From: Clostridia bacterium
GTDB lineage: Bacteria > Bacillota > Clostridia > TANB77 > CAG-508
DNA length: 64,000 bases
Reading direction: 5' to 3'
NCBI GenBank assembly: GCA_017934475.1
Contig: JAGBJN010000004.1
Span: 1,783-65,782, forward strand
Positions within the stretch are counted from its first letter, which is position 1. The number at the start of each line of letters is the position of its first letter. Under the pieces are notes generated by a model, which ran no database searches, had not been told where the DNA came from, and saw nothing but the letters and a program-made list of their open reading frames with translations. Below are positions 1 through 11,300 of the stretch, one piece after another. The position numbers and the translations under genes are program-made.

Positions 1-3000
1 TGTAAGTAATAAACTTTTCCACCCTCTAATGTAGTTCTTGTTCCATAGCTTGATGTATAGTTATTACTATGTACAAGTCTACCTGATACGTCTGTATGTA
101 ATGGTGCTACAGGACTATCTGTAATTGTTAAATATCCATAATCATTCCAATACGCTTTAACATAATATCCAATATTTAATGTATAAGTTCCTTTATAATT
201 TGTTAAATCAATTGGTACATATGAGTTTGCAGATGTTCCTTTTCTTGCTTTATTGTTTGATACCCATGCACCTGTTGAATCTTGCACAAAGTAATATGTT
301 GAACCTTCACATCTAGTAACATCTCCTATTGCATTTGCATTTGCATCTACTCCCCATTCTTCACTATAATCCCAAATCTTAAATTTAGCACCTGTTAATG
401 GTTCATTTGTATCTTCATCTACTTTTTGAATTTCTATTGGTTTTTTAGCGAAAGTAACTGCTACAAGCTTGTTTTCATCCATTTCATTGAAATATCCTGC
501 TTCAAGTACAACTTTACTTCCTACCATTTTACTTGCAAAGTCAATTTTCTTATTATTTACAGTTAAATTAGTAATTGAATAATCTTCAGCAGCCTCAACT
601 TCTATTACTTTTGTATTATTCTCTCCAGCTTCAACTGTTTCATAAATTACTGTATCAGATCCAGAGATTGTTCCACCTTCTTTATTTCCATCTATTCTTG
701 TTGAAATAAAGTAATCATCTTTATCATTTGTAATATTTATTTCTGTTGCTTCACCATATACTGGTGTTTTCATCATTAATGTTGGTGGTAAATTATTTCT
801 AATATACCATACTCCATTAGAATTTAATTTTGTATAAAATTCCATAGATTTCATATAGTCATAACTTACTGGTGTTCCTGTAGTATCTACAGTTGCTGAA
901 TTTAATTCTATACTATCTAAGTAAAATGCATTTGCATCATCTGCTATAACATTATAGTTTTTAATTTGTTCATATTCGCCTGTTTCTTCGTTATATACAC
1001 TATCCCAGTTAAATCCAAAAGCTGTTATTGCACCTATATAGTTACTATATGGCTTTTTAGATTGAGCATTTAAACTTGTTACATTTCCTAAATTATATAC
1101 ATTTGTAATTTGATTTTGAGAATTGTTATATCCTACAATACCTCCTACTTGATGTCCTCCTGTTACATCTCCTTCATTATAGCAATCTCTTATAAATACA
1201 CCATAAGCATAACCTGCAATACCTCCTGCACAACATTCATAGTATTCTGTGCTAAGGCATATTATATCTCCAGTATTATAGCAACATTCTATTGCATTGT
1301 TATTATTATTTGAACATTGTCCTGCAATACCTCCTGCGCGAGATGCAGATTCAAGTAATATATCAGCTTTATTAAAGCAATTCTTTATATTACCATAACC
1401 ATAACCTACAATACCACCAATTTGTTTTGATCCTGTAGAAGTAGGAGCACCATCAGGACTTATCATAGTAATATTTCCATAATTGAAGCAGTTTTCCATA
1501 TCTCTTACTGAATATCCATAACCTGATATACCGCCAACATAACCTGAAGCTACATTTATTTTTCCATAGTTTGTACAATTTCTCATTGTATCTTGTGTAC
1601 TATCATATTGATAACCAGCAATACCGCCTGCATCAGATGCTCCAGGATTTTTGCTAACAATATTTCCTTTATTGTAGCAATTTTCTATTAATTTAGCACT
1701 TCCATAACCAATAATTCCCGCAGAATACTCATAACTTGTATAATCTGAAGCTACATTATTAGTTATATTTCCTAAATTATAGCAATTTTTAATATATGAA
1801 TTATCTCTTCCAGTATATGCTTCTGCTATAATTCCACCAGCATAGCAGTATGCAGTTCCTTCCTCATTATATAAATTACCTTTGTTATAGCAATTATCAA
1901 ATTGATATGTTGTACCATTAGTTCTAATACTACCAACTAAACCACCTAATTTTGCTGAATAGTTCAAAGAAACAATATCTCCTTCATTATAGCAATTTTC
2001 AAATGTATTTACTGAACTTGATTTTGAAATATCACCAATTAAGCCTGCTACTGCTCCTGAACCTGAAATTTTACCTGTGTTATATGAATTTTTAATTTCT
2101 AAAGAATTTGTATTATAGGGCGAACCAATAAATCCAGCAATTCCATATGCTGATGTTCCTCCTAATACATCTCCTTTATTAGATGAATTATATATACGTA
2201 CTTTATTTGTATAACTACCACCTATAGAACCGATAAATCCTCCAACATAAGATTGACCAACAATATTTCCTTCATTTGAACAATTTACAATATCCAAATA
2301 ATCAGATTTCATATCATAATAACCAACAAAACCACCTATATTGCTTTGAGAAGATGTTCCTCCATTATAAGCTCCTTTATTTATACAATTATAGAACTTA
2401 ACATTTACATCATAATTATAGCTATATAATCTATCAAAAAATACACCATGTTCAGCTTCGTTTTTACAATTAATAAATTCCCATAATCCAGATGCATTAT
2501 ATCCTTGAATTTGATTTGAAATAACAAAGAATACATCTCCAGTATTTTTAATATTTTTGAATTTTATATTTGAGAATCCAGTTCCATTTGCATACATCCA
2601 GCCAATCATAGCACTTCCTGCTTCTGCATTATTTGTACAATCAATTACTTGAACAGTCGGAATATTGTAGTCATACAAATATCCTATCATTCCTCCAGAA
2701 TATTGAGTTTTACTTATATTTCCGTTATTTGTACAATTCTTAACCCATAATGAATTATATGTTTTAATTGATGAAGAATCACTTCCATAGAAATAACCTA
2801 CAAATCCACCTGCATAGTTTCCTCCAATAGTTCCATTATTTGTACAATTTATTATTCTAAATTCACAAGATTGTGTTAATGCACTCTTTTCTGCTGATGT
2901 GAGCTGAGTTATATCTATATATCCTATTAAACCACCTGCATAACTTCCAGATACATTTGCATTATTTTCACAATTTTCTAGATATACATCTTCTATTGCT

Positions 3001-6000
3001 CTTGAAGCTATACTACCTGAATAGTTTCCTGCAACTGATCCAGAAATTTTTAAATTCTTAACAACAGCATTTCTTAAAAGTGCAAATAATCCGCTAGATT
3101 CATAACCTTGTTTAATATTTTTTATCTCATGATTTTGTCCATCAAATGTTCCTGAGAATGGTTTAAATTTCCAATAAGAATCATAATATAAACCAATTGG
3201 CTTGAAACCAATTCCAGTTGTAAGCTCAGTTAATAAAGACTCTACTTCTTCATTTCCATTTAAATCTCCATAGTCTATGCTTTCTGAATTTCTATATGAA
3301 CTTGGATCATTAAAGTCTAAATCATTTTTTAATATTACTTTTGTATCTGAATAATTATTATCATTTTCAACCATATCTGCTGCTAAAGCTAATAAATCTT
3401 CTATATATTGAATTTCTAATGTTTCTGTTCTTTCTGGTTCAACATATGTATCTTCTATATTGCTTTCATTTAATGTATATTCTACTTCTGTTGATATAGC
3501 ATCTGTTTGATTATTTAGTTCAAAAGTTTGAACTCCTGCTCCTGTATATCCTCTTGGAGCTTCAACTTCTTCAATCTTATATTTGCCATCTCTTAATGGA
3601 ACTGTTATTTCTCCTGATTCATTTGTATACACATAATATGGAGAATCTTCATCAGAACCTGGATCTTGCTCTCCAACATAGTTTCCATATACATCTTTAC
3701 CACAGTCAACTACATTTCCATCATTGTCTAATTCATAAATAACAAATTTAGCATTTGGAAGTAGCGCACCTGTTTCTGAATCTGTTTTTATTAATTTGAA
3801 GTAAGCAGTATCTTGAATTACAAGTATTACCTTTCCTTCTTCTACAATGACATCTTTAATAGAAGTTAGAGAATCTCTATTTTCTATCTCTACCTTTAGT
3901 CCATCATTTTCTTTTGTAACAACAAATCCTATTTCTTCTGTATTTTCAATATACCCTTCTGGTGCTGTTATCTCTTGTAGAATATATTTTCCAGTAATAG
4001 GTTTATTTTCTACATATTGATATAAACCTTCTGCTATAGCTAAACCATTTTCGTTTGTTGTTAAATTATCTTCAAATTCGTTATCGTCAACTCTTTCTAG
4101 GCTAAATACTGCTCCTTGTACTTTTTTCATTGATGATAAATCTTTTTTACTTGCATCTTTCTCAACTTTTACAATTTCTAATGTATAAGTAGGATTAGAT
4201 TCTTTTTCTATTCTTACATTTAATTGAATTAAATGATTTTCATCATTATTTTCAATACTTTCTAATGTCATGCCATCATCTAGAGTTGCTACATATGTAT
4301 CTCCGCTTCTATCAAGTTTAAATGTATAGTTTTGTTTTGTATTTCCTTTTACTTGAACTTCTTGAAGTTCATATTCAGTTCCTTGAATTAATCTCGAATA
4401 ACTTAATTTTCCATTTTCATCTGTATAATTTAGTTTACCATCTAATCTTGTAACGACAGAATATAATGGTCTTCCTGTGTTTTTATCTACATATGTAACA
4501 TTTAATTGATATTTTGGTTCATCTTCAATTTCAATATATACTATATCATTTTCTTCAGCATCTTTGCTTACCGCTTCTGCTCTAAAATGATTATTAGAAA
4601 TATATTCAAATTCTAGTGTTCCATCATCTTTTTCTTTTACTCTAAATTCGTAAACTTTATCATTTAATAAGTAATCTTGTGGTGCACTTGTTTCTCTTAC
4701 TCTATATGTAGCATTTACATATATACCTTGTGCACTAAAGTTACCATTACTATCACTTATTAATGCTGTTTTCTTTACAACATCTCCTATTGAGTTTAAT
4801 TCTTCAAGTGAATAAATAGCACCTTTAACTTTTAAGTCTTTTCCTTCTTTAAACTTAATACCTGTTAAATTATATAATCTTGCTATTTTTAAACCTACTT
4901 TTGTTGGTTCTGTTTCTAGATGTATTGTACCATTTGGTGAATTATAATCATATTCAACTGCATGTGTTGCATATGAAGAATCATTATAATTTAATCCTTC
5001 TGGTATTGTAACAGGATAATAGAATTCATATTCATATCCTGAATATAAAGTTACTGCACTCATATCAATTAAATAAGATTTAATTTTTGACCAATCTGTT
5101 ATTTCATCAGCTGTTTTCCATCCATTTGCTGCATCTGTTACATCTTTTCCTGGTTCTCCAGCTTCTGAATAATATACTGTAGTTTTATCTTTTATAGAAT
5201 CAGGAACAACAATTGGTCCAGTCATAGCTGCTGTAAAGTCTGATCCAATTTCTCTATCTATTAATACATATTTATTTCCTTCATAAGGAACTCTTCCTAA
5301 TAGTTTTGTTCCAGTAACTAATGCTTTATAGTTATTTGCAACAGAAATATTTAAATTTGCACTTCTTGTTTCTTTACTTAATTCTGCTGAATTTGGTGCA
5401 ACTGTTATACTTCCTAAATCATCATAATCTGATACTGTTTGTACAGTGATTAATGTTTCTGATGCTGTTATAGCTGTAGAACATTTTGCATAACCTACTC
5501 TATCTGATTTGCTACCATTATTATTTGCATCATAAATATCAACTGCTGTATTGTAGTATTTATCATTATTTGGATTATAATAATATAACTCTAATAGTGA
5601 TGTTTTTGTTCTAGATCTTGCATCTGGAACAATATCTATATTTACTGTTATACTCTCTTGTTTTACTTCTGCATCATTTTCTGTTAATATTTTCAAATAA
5701 TATCTATTATTAGTTTTATCTTTATTTAATGTCCAACCAGTTACATTTACATTATTTCCTGTAACTTCTTTTACTTCTACATTTGCGAATTCAGAAGGTA
5801 ATACTGCAACAAATTCTCCATCTTTCCATTTTGAGTATAATAAATCATCAGAATAACTTGTATTAATTGTAAATGTTCTATTTATTACTGGATTATCAAC
5901 ATTTTGTGTTTCAATTTTTGAACTATCATACCAATTGATATTTGCTTCTGATTTTACAAATGCAAGTTGGATACTTGCTCCCATATCATTATCCATATAT

Positions 6001-7871
6001 GTACGCATTGTTCCTGCATTTAGTATCTCTTCTCTAGTAAATGCATTTCTTACTAAATCCATATTTAAACGTTTAACAACGCTAATTGTCATATTTGAAT
6101 GAGGTTTCATTGGTGATGTTTCAATTTTTACCCAAGTTGGTGATATATCTCCATTAACAATATTTCCATAATCTTCACCAGTTATTATAAAATCCCATTC
6201 AGAATATCTAAGTTCATTAAATATATCATTTGTAAATTTCTTTCCAAAATAATCATCTAAATATACTTGTACAAATGTTGAATCTCTACTTGTATTGTTC
6301 AATACTCTTTTTCCATAGCTTAAATCTCCTGCATGTTGATAACGTGCATTTTCTAAACTATGTCCCATAATTGGAGTAAGAGGATCCATTTCATTAACAT
6401 ATTCTACTCCATAGACATCAACTGTTCCTTCTTCACCTAATGCATATAAATGATCATTTTGATTCATAAATATGAAGCAATCTGTTTCATATAATTCTAA
6501 ACTTTTAGCTCCTAGTTTATCTTGTTCTATATTATGAATTGTGATTGCTTGTGATTCACTTTTGCCATTTTCTATATTGTAATCAACAACATAATAAAAA
6601 TATTTTTCTTCTTCATTATCATATGCACTAAGTAGTTTATTTCCATCAAAATATCTTGAACCATTACTTGATTTCACATATAAATCTTTATGAAAATCTA
6701 CATTTCTTTTTACAATTTCTATTGGTTTTGGGCCACCTCTATCTAGATTAATTATTACACTTAATTTAGATGAAGCATAAGATGTATATGGGTTTGTGTA
6801 ATTTGGATTATTTTGTCCACTATATGATGTATTTATTTCAAATAGAAATTCTGCTTTTGCATCTTCCATCCATTCATGATTATTTCCATAAAAACACCAT
6901 TTATATGCTGCTAAAGGATATTTAATTACAAAACTATATGTTGATTTAGTTGCTGGATTTCTGCTATTTGAAAATGTTACAGTATGTGTTTCTTCATCAT
7001 AAGTACCACCTGAAACATTTACATATTCAGGATAATAACCATTAAGGCGAGGGACTTTAACAGTTGTTGTAGTGCCTATTAAAGGTAATTGTTCTGCTTT
7101 ATCCCCTGTTTTTATTTCTACAGTAAATGGCGCAGCTGTATAATCAGGCAATGTATCAACTCCAAAATCATCTCTTGCATATTCTTCATCTTCTTGTATT
7201 ATTGGTCTGTAAATTGTTCTTGAAGGTGCATCAATATATGCTTTTGTTGTTCCATACCAATCTACAGTTAATGTAATTTCTTTATTAATTGGTGTTCTAA
7301 CTGTACCATCTGAAGATACATGTGTACCTGTTAATGTTACCTTAGAATCTTTTGTAAAGTTACTTCCATCTTTCTTTACATTTGGTACAATGGTACTAAC
7401 TATTAATCTTTGAGTACCTGCATTAACATTATCCAATAATATTTCATTAGCATCTTTTACATCTATGTAATTTTGGGCAAAGAAACCATCTTTTAGAAGA
7501 TTTTTTAGTTCTACCTTATAGTTATTTCCTTCACTAAAAGTAATCGCTCCATCTTCTAAAGTTCCATCACTTATTACATTAAGTTCTAAATAAAGCATAT
7601 CTGTACTTGACATATCTTTTGACGTTCCGCCAAGTTTTTCAGCTATACCATCCTTATTTAGATCTCTTGTAAAATAAGCTAAAAATTCGACATTCTCACA
7701 TCCTTCAACTTTTTTATCAGCATCTGTGAATTGTGGATATGTCATTGCTAGCCTATCTTCTTCAGACATCATTAACTTAGTTACATTTGGTGCGATAACT
7801 GCAAATACAAGTGTAACTATCATTAATATTGCTAGTCCAATCCATACAATTTTGTTTCTTAAAGTATCCAT
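1..7871 (-). CDS. Giant cell-surface adhesin-like protein, paralog 1 (N-terminal ~2623 codons; C-terminus lies beyond the left window edge)
   Basis: It is not in the ORF track because its stop is outside the window. My reverse-strand translation from ATG 7871 (RBS AAGGAG 6 nt upstream) gives MDTLRNKIVWIGLAILMIVTLVFAV..., colinear with the 3410-aa neighbour. No stop-bounded minus-strand ORF of 60 aa or more is listed in 1..7871, which fits one continuous frame. Confidence 0.85.
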   Translation of the reverse strand, partial: MDTLRNKIVWIGLAILMIVTLVFAVIAPNVTKLMMSEEDRLAMTYPQFTDADKKVEGCENVEFLAYFTRDLNKDGIAEKLGGTSKDMSSTDMLYLELNVISDGTLEDGAITFSEGNNYKVELKNLLKDGFFAQNYIDVKDANEILLDNVNAGTQRLIVSTIVPNVKKDGSNFTKDSKVTLTGTHVSSDGTVRTPINKEITLTVDWYGTTKAYIDAPSRTIYRPIIQEDEEYARDDFGVDTLPDYTAAPFTVEIKTGDKAEQLPLIGTTTTVKVPRLNGYYPEYVNVSGGTYDEETHTVTFSNSRNPATKSTYSFVIKYPLAAYKWCFYGNNHEWMEDAKAEFLFEINTSYSGQNNPNYTNPYTSYASSKLSVIINLDRGGPKPIEIVKRNVDFHKDLYVKSSNGSRYFDGNKLLSAYDNEEEKYFYYVVDYNIENGKSESQAITIHNIEQDKLGAKSLELYETDCFIFMNQNDHLYALGEEGTVDVYGVEYVNEMDPLTPIMGHSLENARYQHAGDLSYGKRVLNNTSRDSTFVQVYLDDYFGKKFTNDIFNELRYSEWDFIITGEDYGNIVNGDISPTWVKIETSPMKPHSNMTISVVKRLNMDLVRNAFTREEILNAGTMRTYMDNDMGASIQLAFVKSEANINWYDSSKIETQNVDNPVINRTFTINTSYSDDLLYSKWKDGEFVAVLPSEFANVEVKEVTGNNVNVTGWTLNKDKTNNRYYLKILTENDAEVKQESITVNIDIVPDARSRTKTSLLELYYYNPNNDKYYNTAVDIYDANNNGSKSDRVGYAKCSTAITASETLITVQTVSDYDDLGSITVAPNSAELSKETRSANLNISVANNYKALVTGTKLLGRVPYEGNKYVLIDREIGSDFTAAMTGPIVVPDSIKDKTTVYYSEAGEPGKDVTDAANGWKTADEITDWSKIKSYLIDMSAVTLYSGYEYEFYYPVTIPEGLNYNDSSYATHAVEYDYNSPNGTIHLETEPTKVGLKIARLYNLTGIKFKEGKDLKVKGAIYSLEELNSIGDVVKKTALISDSNGNFSAQGIYVNATYRVRETSAPQDYLLNDKVYEFRVKEKDDGTLEFEYISNNHFRAEAVSKDAEENDIVYIEIEDEPKYQLNVTYVDKNTGRPLYSVVTRLDGKLNYTDENGKLSYSRLIQGTEYELQEVQVKGNTKQNYTFKLDRSGDTYVATLDDGMTLESIENNDENHLIQLNVRIEKESNPTYTLEIVKVEKDASKKDLSSMKKVQGAVFSLERVDDNEFEDNLTTNENGLAIAEGLYQYVENKPITGKYILQEITAPEGYIENTEEIGFVVTKENDGLKVEIENRDSLTSIKDVIVEEGKVILVIQDTAYFKLIKTDSETGALLPNAKFVIYELDNDGNVVDCGKDVYGNYVGEQDPGSDEDSPYYVYTNESGEITVPLRDGKYKIEEVEAPRGYTGAGVQTFELNNQTDAISTEVEYTLNESNIEDTYVEPERTETLEIQYIEDLLALAADMVENDNNYSDTKVILKNDLDFNDPSSYRNSESIDYGDLNGNEEVESLLTELTTGIGFKPIGLYYDSYWKFKPFSGTFDGQNHEIKNIKQGYESSGLFALLRNAVVKNLKISGSVAGNYSGSIASRAIEDVYLENCENNANVSGSYAGGLIGYIDITQLTSAEKSALTQSCEFRIINCTNNGTIGGNYAGGFVGYFYGSDSSSIKTYNSLWVKNCTNNGNISKTQYSGGMIGYLYDYNIPTVQVIDCTNNAEAGSAMIGWMYANGTGFSNIKFKNIKNTGDVFFVISNQIQGYNASGLWEFINCKNEAEHGVFFDRLYSYNYDVNVKFYNCINKGAYNGGTSSQSNIGGFVGYYDMKSDYLDIVNCSNEGNIVGQSYVGGFIGSIGGSYTNKVRIYNSSNKGDVLGGTSAYGIAGFIGSPYNTNSLEIKNSYNTGKISGSGAVAGLIGDISKSSSVNTFENCYNEGDIVSLNYSAKLGGLVGSIRTNGTTYQFDNCYNKGNLYNEEGTAYCYAGGIIAEAYTGRDNSYIKNCYNLGNITNNVASDYTSYEYSAGIIGYGSAKLIENCYNKGNIVSKNPGASDAGGIAGYQYDSTQDTMRNCTNYGKINVASGYVGGISGYGYSVRDMENCFNYGNITMISPDGAPTSTGSKQIGGIVGYGYGNIKNCFNKADILLESASRAGGIAGQCSNNNNNAIECCYNTGDIICLSTEYYECCAGGIAGYAYGVFIRDCYNEGDVTGGHQVGGIVGYNNSQNQITNVYNLGNVTSLNAQSKKPYSNYIGAITAFGFNWDSVYNEETGEYEQIKNYNVIADDANAFYLDSIELNSATVDTTGTPVSYDYMKSMEFYTKLNSNGVWYIRNNLPPTLMMKTPVYGEATEINITNDKDDYFISTRIDGNKEGGTISGSDTVIYETVEAGENNTKVIEVEAAEDYSITNLTVNNKKIDFASKMVGSKVVLEAGYFNEMDENKLVAVTFAKKPIEIQKVDEDTNEPLTGAKFKIWDYSEEWGVDANANAIGDVTRCEGSTYYFVQDSTGAWVSNNKARKGTSANSYVPIDLTNYKGTYTLNIGYYVKAYWNDYGYLTITDSPVAPLHTDVSGRLVHSNNYTSSYGTRTTLEGGKVYYL
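1000..3135 (-). repeat. Coding array of GLUG-like beta-helix rungs in paralog 1 (approximate bounds)
   Basis: The DNA is colinear with 11650..13790 of paralog 2. Spot translations such as ENCYN plus Gly-rich GG[IL][IV]G segments recur about every 60-75 nt. Confidence 0.5.
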
Positions 7872-8105
7872 CTTTTTTCTCCTTACTTCCCTTCTGGACT
7901 TATCCATTTGGGTATTTTGTTTATACTCAAAAATTAACACATATATAATAAAAAAAACAAGTCTGTATCTATTGAAAATAAAGACTTTTATTTAATAAAT
8001 ACTTGCGGATATTCAACTTCAACTTTAAGATTTACATTTTACTAACAATTTCATTATTATGTTACAAAATTAGACTTTTTTTGAAATATTACTGTAAATT
8101 TTTCC
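7872..8105 (-). promoter_or_regulatory. Conserved upstream leader/promoter region of giant adhesin gene, copy 1
   Basis: It shares blocks with 18576..18830 (coding-strand TTGTAACA.AATAATGAAATTGTTAGTAAAATGTAAA, ATATCCGCAAGTA, ACTTGTTTTTTTTATTATATAT, TTTGAGTATAAACAAA). I could not assign an exact -35/-10. Confidence 0.4.
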
Positions 8106-8312
8106 ACAATAAAAACACCAAATGTGGATTATCCCTAGCATTTAGTGTTTTTTCAAATTTTAATAAAAAAATTACTATCAATTGCACAAATAAAAACATA
8201 TCTGTTTATTTTTTATATGTATTTTTATAATTTTTTTATATAGTTTTTATAATTTTTTATATTTTTTAACTTTATTTACTTTAAATTATAACTTTAATTT
8301 TCTATAGCTAAT

Positions 8313-8341
8313 GAAAAGGCAGCTATACTAGCTGCCTTTTC
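8313..8341 (-). terminator. Hairpin immediately after the stop of giant adhesin paralog 2
   Basis: It is a perfect 13-bp stem, GAAAAGGCAGCTA / TAGCTGCCTTTTC, with a 3-nt loop. The U-tract is only partial. Confidence 0.55.
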
Positions 8342-8342
8342 A

Positions 8343-11300
8343 TTATTTTTTCATTTTATATACTATGAATAATGTTCCATTTGCTACTACAATTATTGCT
8401 ATTGCAAACATCGCATATAAGAATACATTTATACCTGTTTGTGGAATTATTCCAGTTGCTTTCTTAGCATAGTAGAATGTTACCACGTTTTCTCCTGGTT
8501 TCATTGTTCCTTCTGGATTTCCGTCTATTTCAATTAATTCATATCCATCTATATCTTTAGGATCTACTGAGTATTCTTTTCCTTCATATCCAGGTATCTC
8601 TTCTTCGTCTGCTATATCTTTTCCACCATATTTTACAACATATTTTGCTTTTACTTTAGCATCTTTTGCTACATAGTATACTACCTCTATTACTTCTTCT
8701 GTCATTATTCCTCTTTCATTCTTTGGCATTATACTATTTCCATCTTTATCCTTTTGAATTAGTACATAACCTTCAACTTTTCTTGGAGCAATATCATATT
8801 TATCTCCAACTTTTCCGTTATGGTCATAACTTTCTACTACTTCTCCAGAATTAATATCAACATATTTTTCTACTACTTTTGTGTCTGGAATTGGAACTTC
8901 AATTTTCTTGTATTCATATCTTACGACAATTTCAGTATTTCCGTCTTCACCAATTCTCATTGTTCCTGATGCATTTGATGGAACTTCAACAAGTTCATAT
9001 CCATCTACATCTTTAGCTTCTGTTTCATATGCTTTTCCTTCATATCCTGAAATTACTACATCTTCTGCAACTTTATTTCCTTCAGGATCAACATATATTG
9101 CTCTTACTTGCATATTTCTTGCATATTTGTATGTATATACTTGTTCTTCTTCTGCGTATTTAACTCTTGTTTCTTCTGGTCTTTCTCTTAATGTATATCC
9201 ATCTATTTCTTTACTATAATCTCTTATATCAATTTCTTCATCATATTTTCCATCTAATTCTTCTCTATCGATTTCTTCTTCTGAATAGATATCAATATAT
9301 TTAATTATAATCTTGCAATCCTTTGGTTCATAAATGTAATATACATCTATTGTAGCTTCAGTCATACGACCTGTAGCATTTAATGGTGTTGCTTTTAGTT
9401 TATATCCTGGAATTGTAATTGCTTCTGTTCTATATTCATCTCCAACAATACCTTCGATAATAACTGTTTGATAATCTTCACCTTTTCCTTCAATTGTATG
9501 GTGTACTAATACCATAGCATCTTTTGGTATTGGAGCAAATGTTACAGAAACTGTTTTATGTGCATGTACATCTTCAAATGTTGTAAGAGTAATTCCTCTT
9601 TCATCACCTGTATATGTTACTTCACATTCTTCCGCTTCTTCTCCATATAGAACTTTTGCAGTTTCTACTCCATCATCATCTGTAGATATAATCTTAACAT
9701 TGTTAATTGTATATCCGTCATCTGCTGTAATCACTATATCTTTCGTAGCATCTTCTCCTGGTAATACTTGTTCATATACTGGTAAATCTTGTCCAGAGAT
9801 TGTACCACCTGCAACTCTTACTTGAGTTGTTTCTCCTGTTTCAGAATCTGTTACTGTTTCGATATGAGTATTTACTTGTGTCTTAATATCATAAATCTTA
9901 TCTTCATAAGTATATGTTAATTGAGCATTTGCACTATAATGTAATGTTTTACTTATTGTTAATGCTTCTTCAGCATCTGAAAATACATCAACAAATTTGT
10001 AATTTCCATTAATTAATGTATTATATTTTTCATTATTTTTAATTACATATTCTTGATTTAAAGATAATGTATAAGAATTATTTTCTACTACTATACTTGG
10101 AGTTGTTGTTACAACTTCATCTGGAACAATTGCTGTAGTTGTTCCTTCTTTATAATGATGAATTGTTAAATCAATATTATCAATATCATAATAGTAATTT
10201 ACTTCTATTATTTCATTTGAGAATACTCCAACTGCATTTTCTGGGAATTCATCCGCATTTACAGTTAGTCCCTCTAATTTTTTAGGAGAAGTGCTATATT
10301 CTTTTCCTATTAATCCACGTAATGTTTCATCTTCAGCAACTTTATTTGTTGTTTTAACCCCATTATTAATTAGGTAATGATGAACTATTACTGGTTGTTG
10401 AGTATCATCTACTTTATTTGTAAATCTAATTTGACGACTTTGTGTTAAATCATATTCATGAACTGTATCATCTAATTGATATCCCATAGGTGCTTCAACT
10501 TCTTGAATAAATAATACATCAGTTGGTATATCAACTACAAATTTACCATTTTCACCAACTTCTATTTCTTGATCTATGTTATTTCCAGCATCAATTGTAA
10601 GTTGTAAACTTGTTACTTTCATACAATCATCATATCTATTAGATGAATATTGACTCTTGAAATATCCCATATGTAGATAATATACTTTTCCACCTTCTAA
10701 TGAAGTTGTTGCTCCATAACTACTTGTGTGATTATAATCATGTGCAAATCTTCCTACTACATCTGAATGTGTAGGTGCAACTGTATCTTCTCTAATTGTT
10801 AAATATCCATAATCAGCATAATCTGCTCTTACGTAATATCCTACTTTTAAAGTATACACTCCTTTATAATCTCTTAAATCAATTGGAATATAAGAGTTTG
10901 CACAAGTTCCTTTTCTATATTGGTTATTTGATACATATTCACCATTTGAATTTTTTACAAAATAATATGTTGAACCTTCACAAGCTGTTAATTCTCCAAA
11001 TGCATTTTGATTAGCATCTTCTGCCCATGCTGTATCATAATTCTTAATATGTAATTTTGCTCCAGCTAATGATTCTCCTGTATCTTCATCTACCTTTTCA
11101 ATTTCTACTGGATTTTTAGCAAATGTAACTGCTACAAGCTTGTCTTCATCCATATCATTGAAATATCCAGCTTCTAAGACTACTTTGTCATCAACCATTT
11201 TACTTGCAAAATCTATTTTTTTGTTATTTATTGACATATTTAATAATGTATAATTTTCAGCAACTTCAACTTCAATTGTTTTCTCGTTGTTTTCTCCAGC

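Noticed and set aside
3554-3742. The plus-strand ORF at 3554..3742 has a translation resembling that of 14045..14431 (..LALQHSFHIHLYH...LIHK), which could suggest a conserved antisense gene.
   Set aside because: The similarity is explained by the paralogy of the two adhesin genes on the opposite strand, and there are no independent expression signals.
7950-7957. An A8/T8 homopolymer in both adhesin upstream regions (also 18672..18679) was considered as a phase-variation switch.
   Set aside because: The tract is short, such runs are very common in DNA this AT-rich, and I could not place it confidently between a -35 and a -10.
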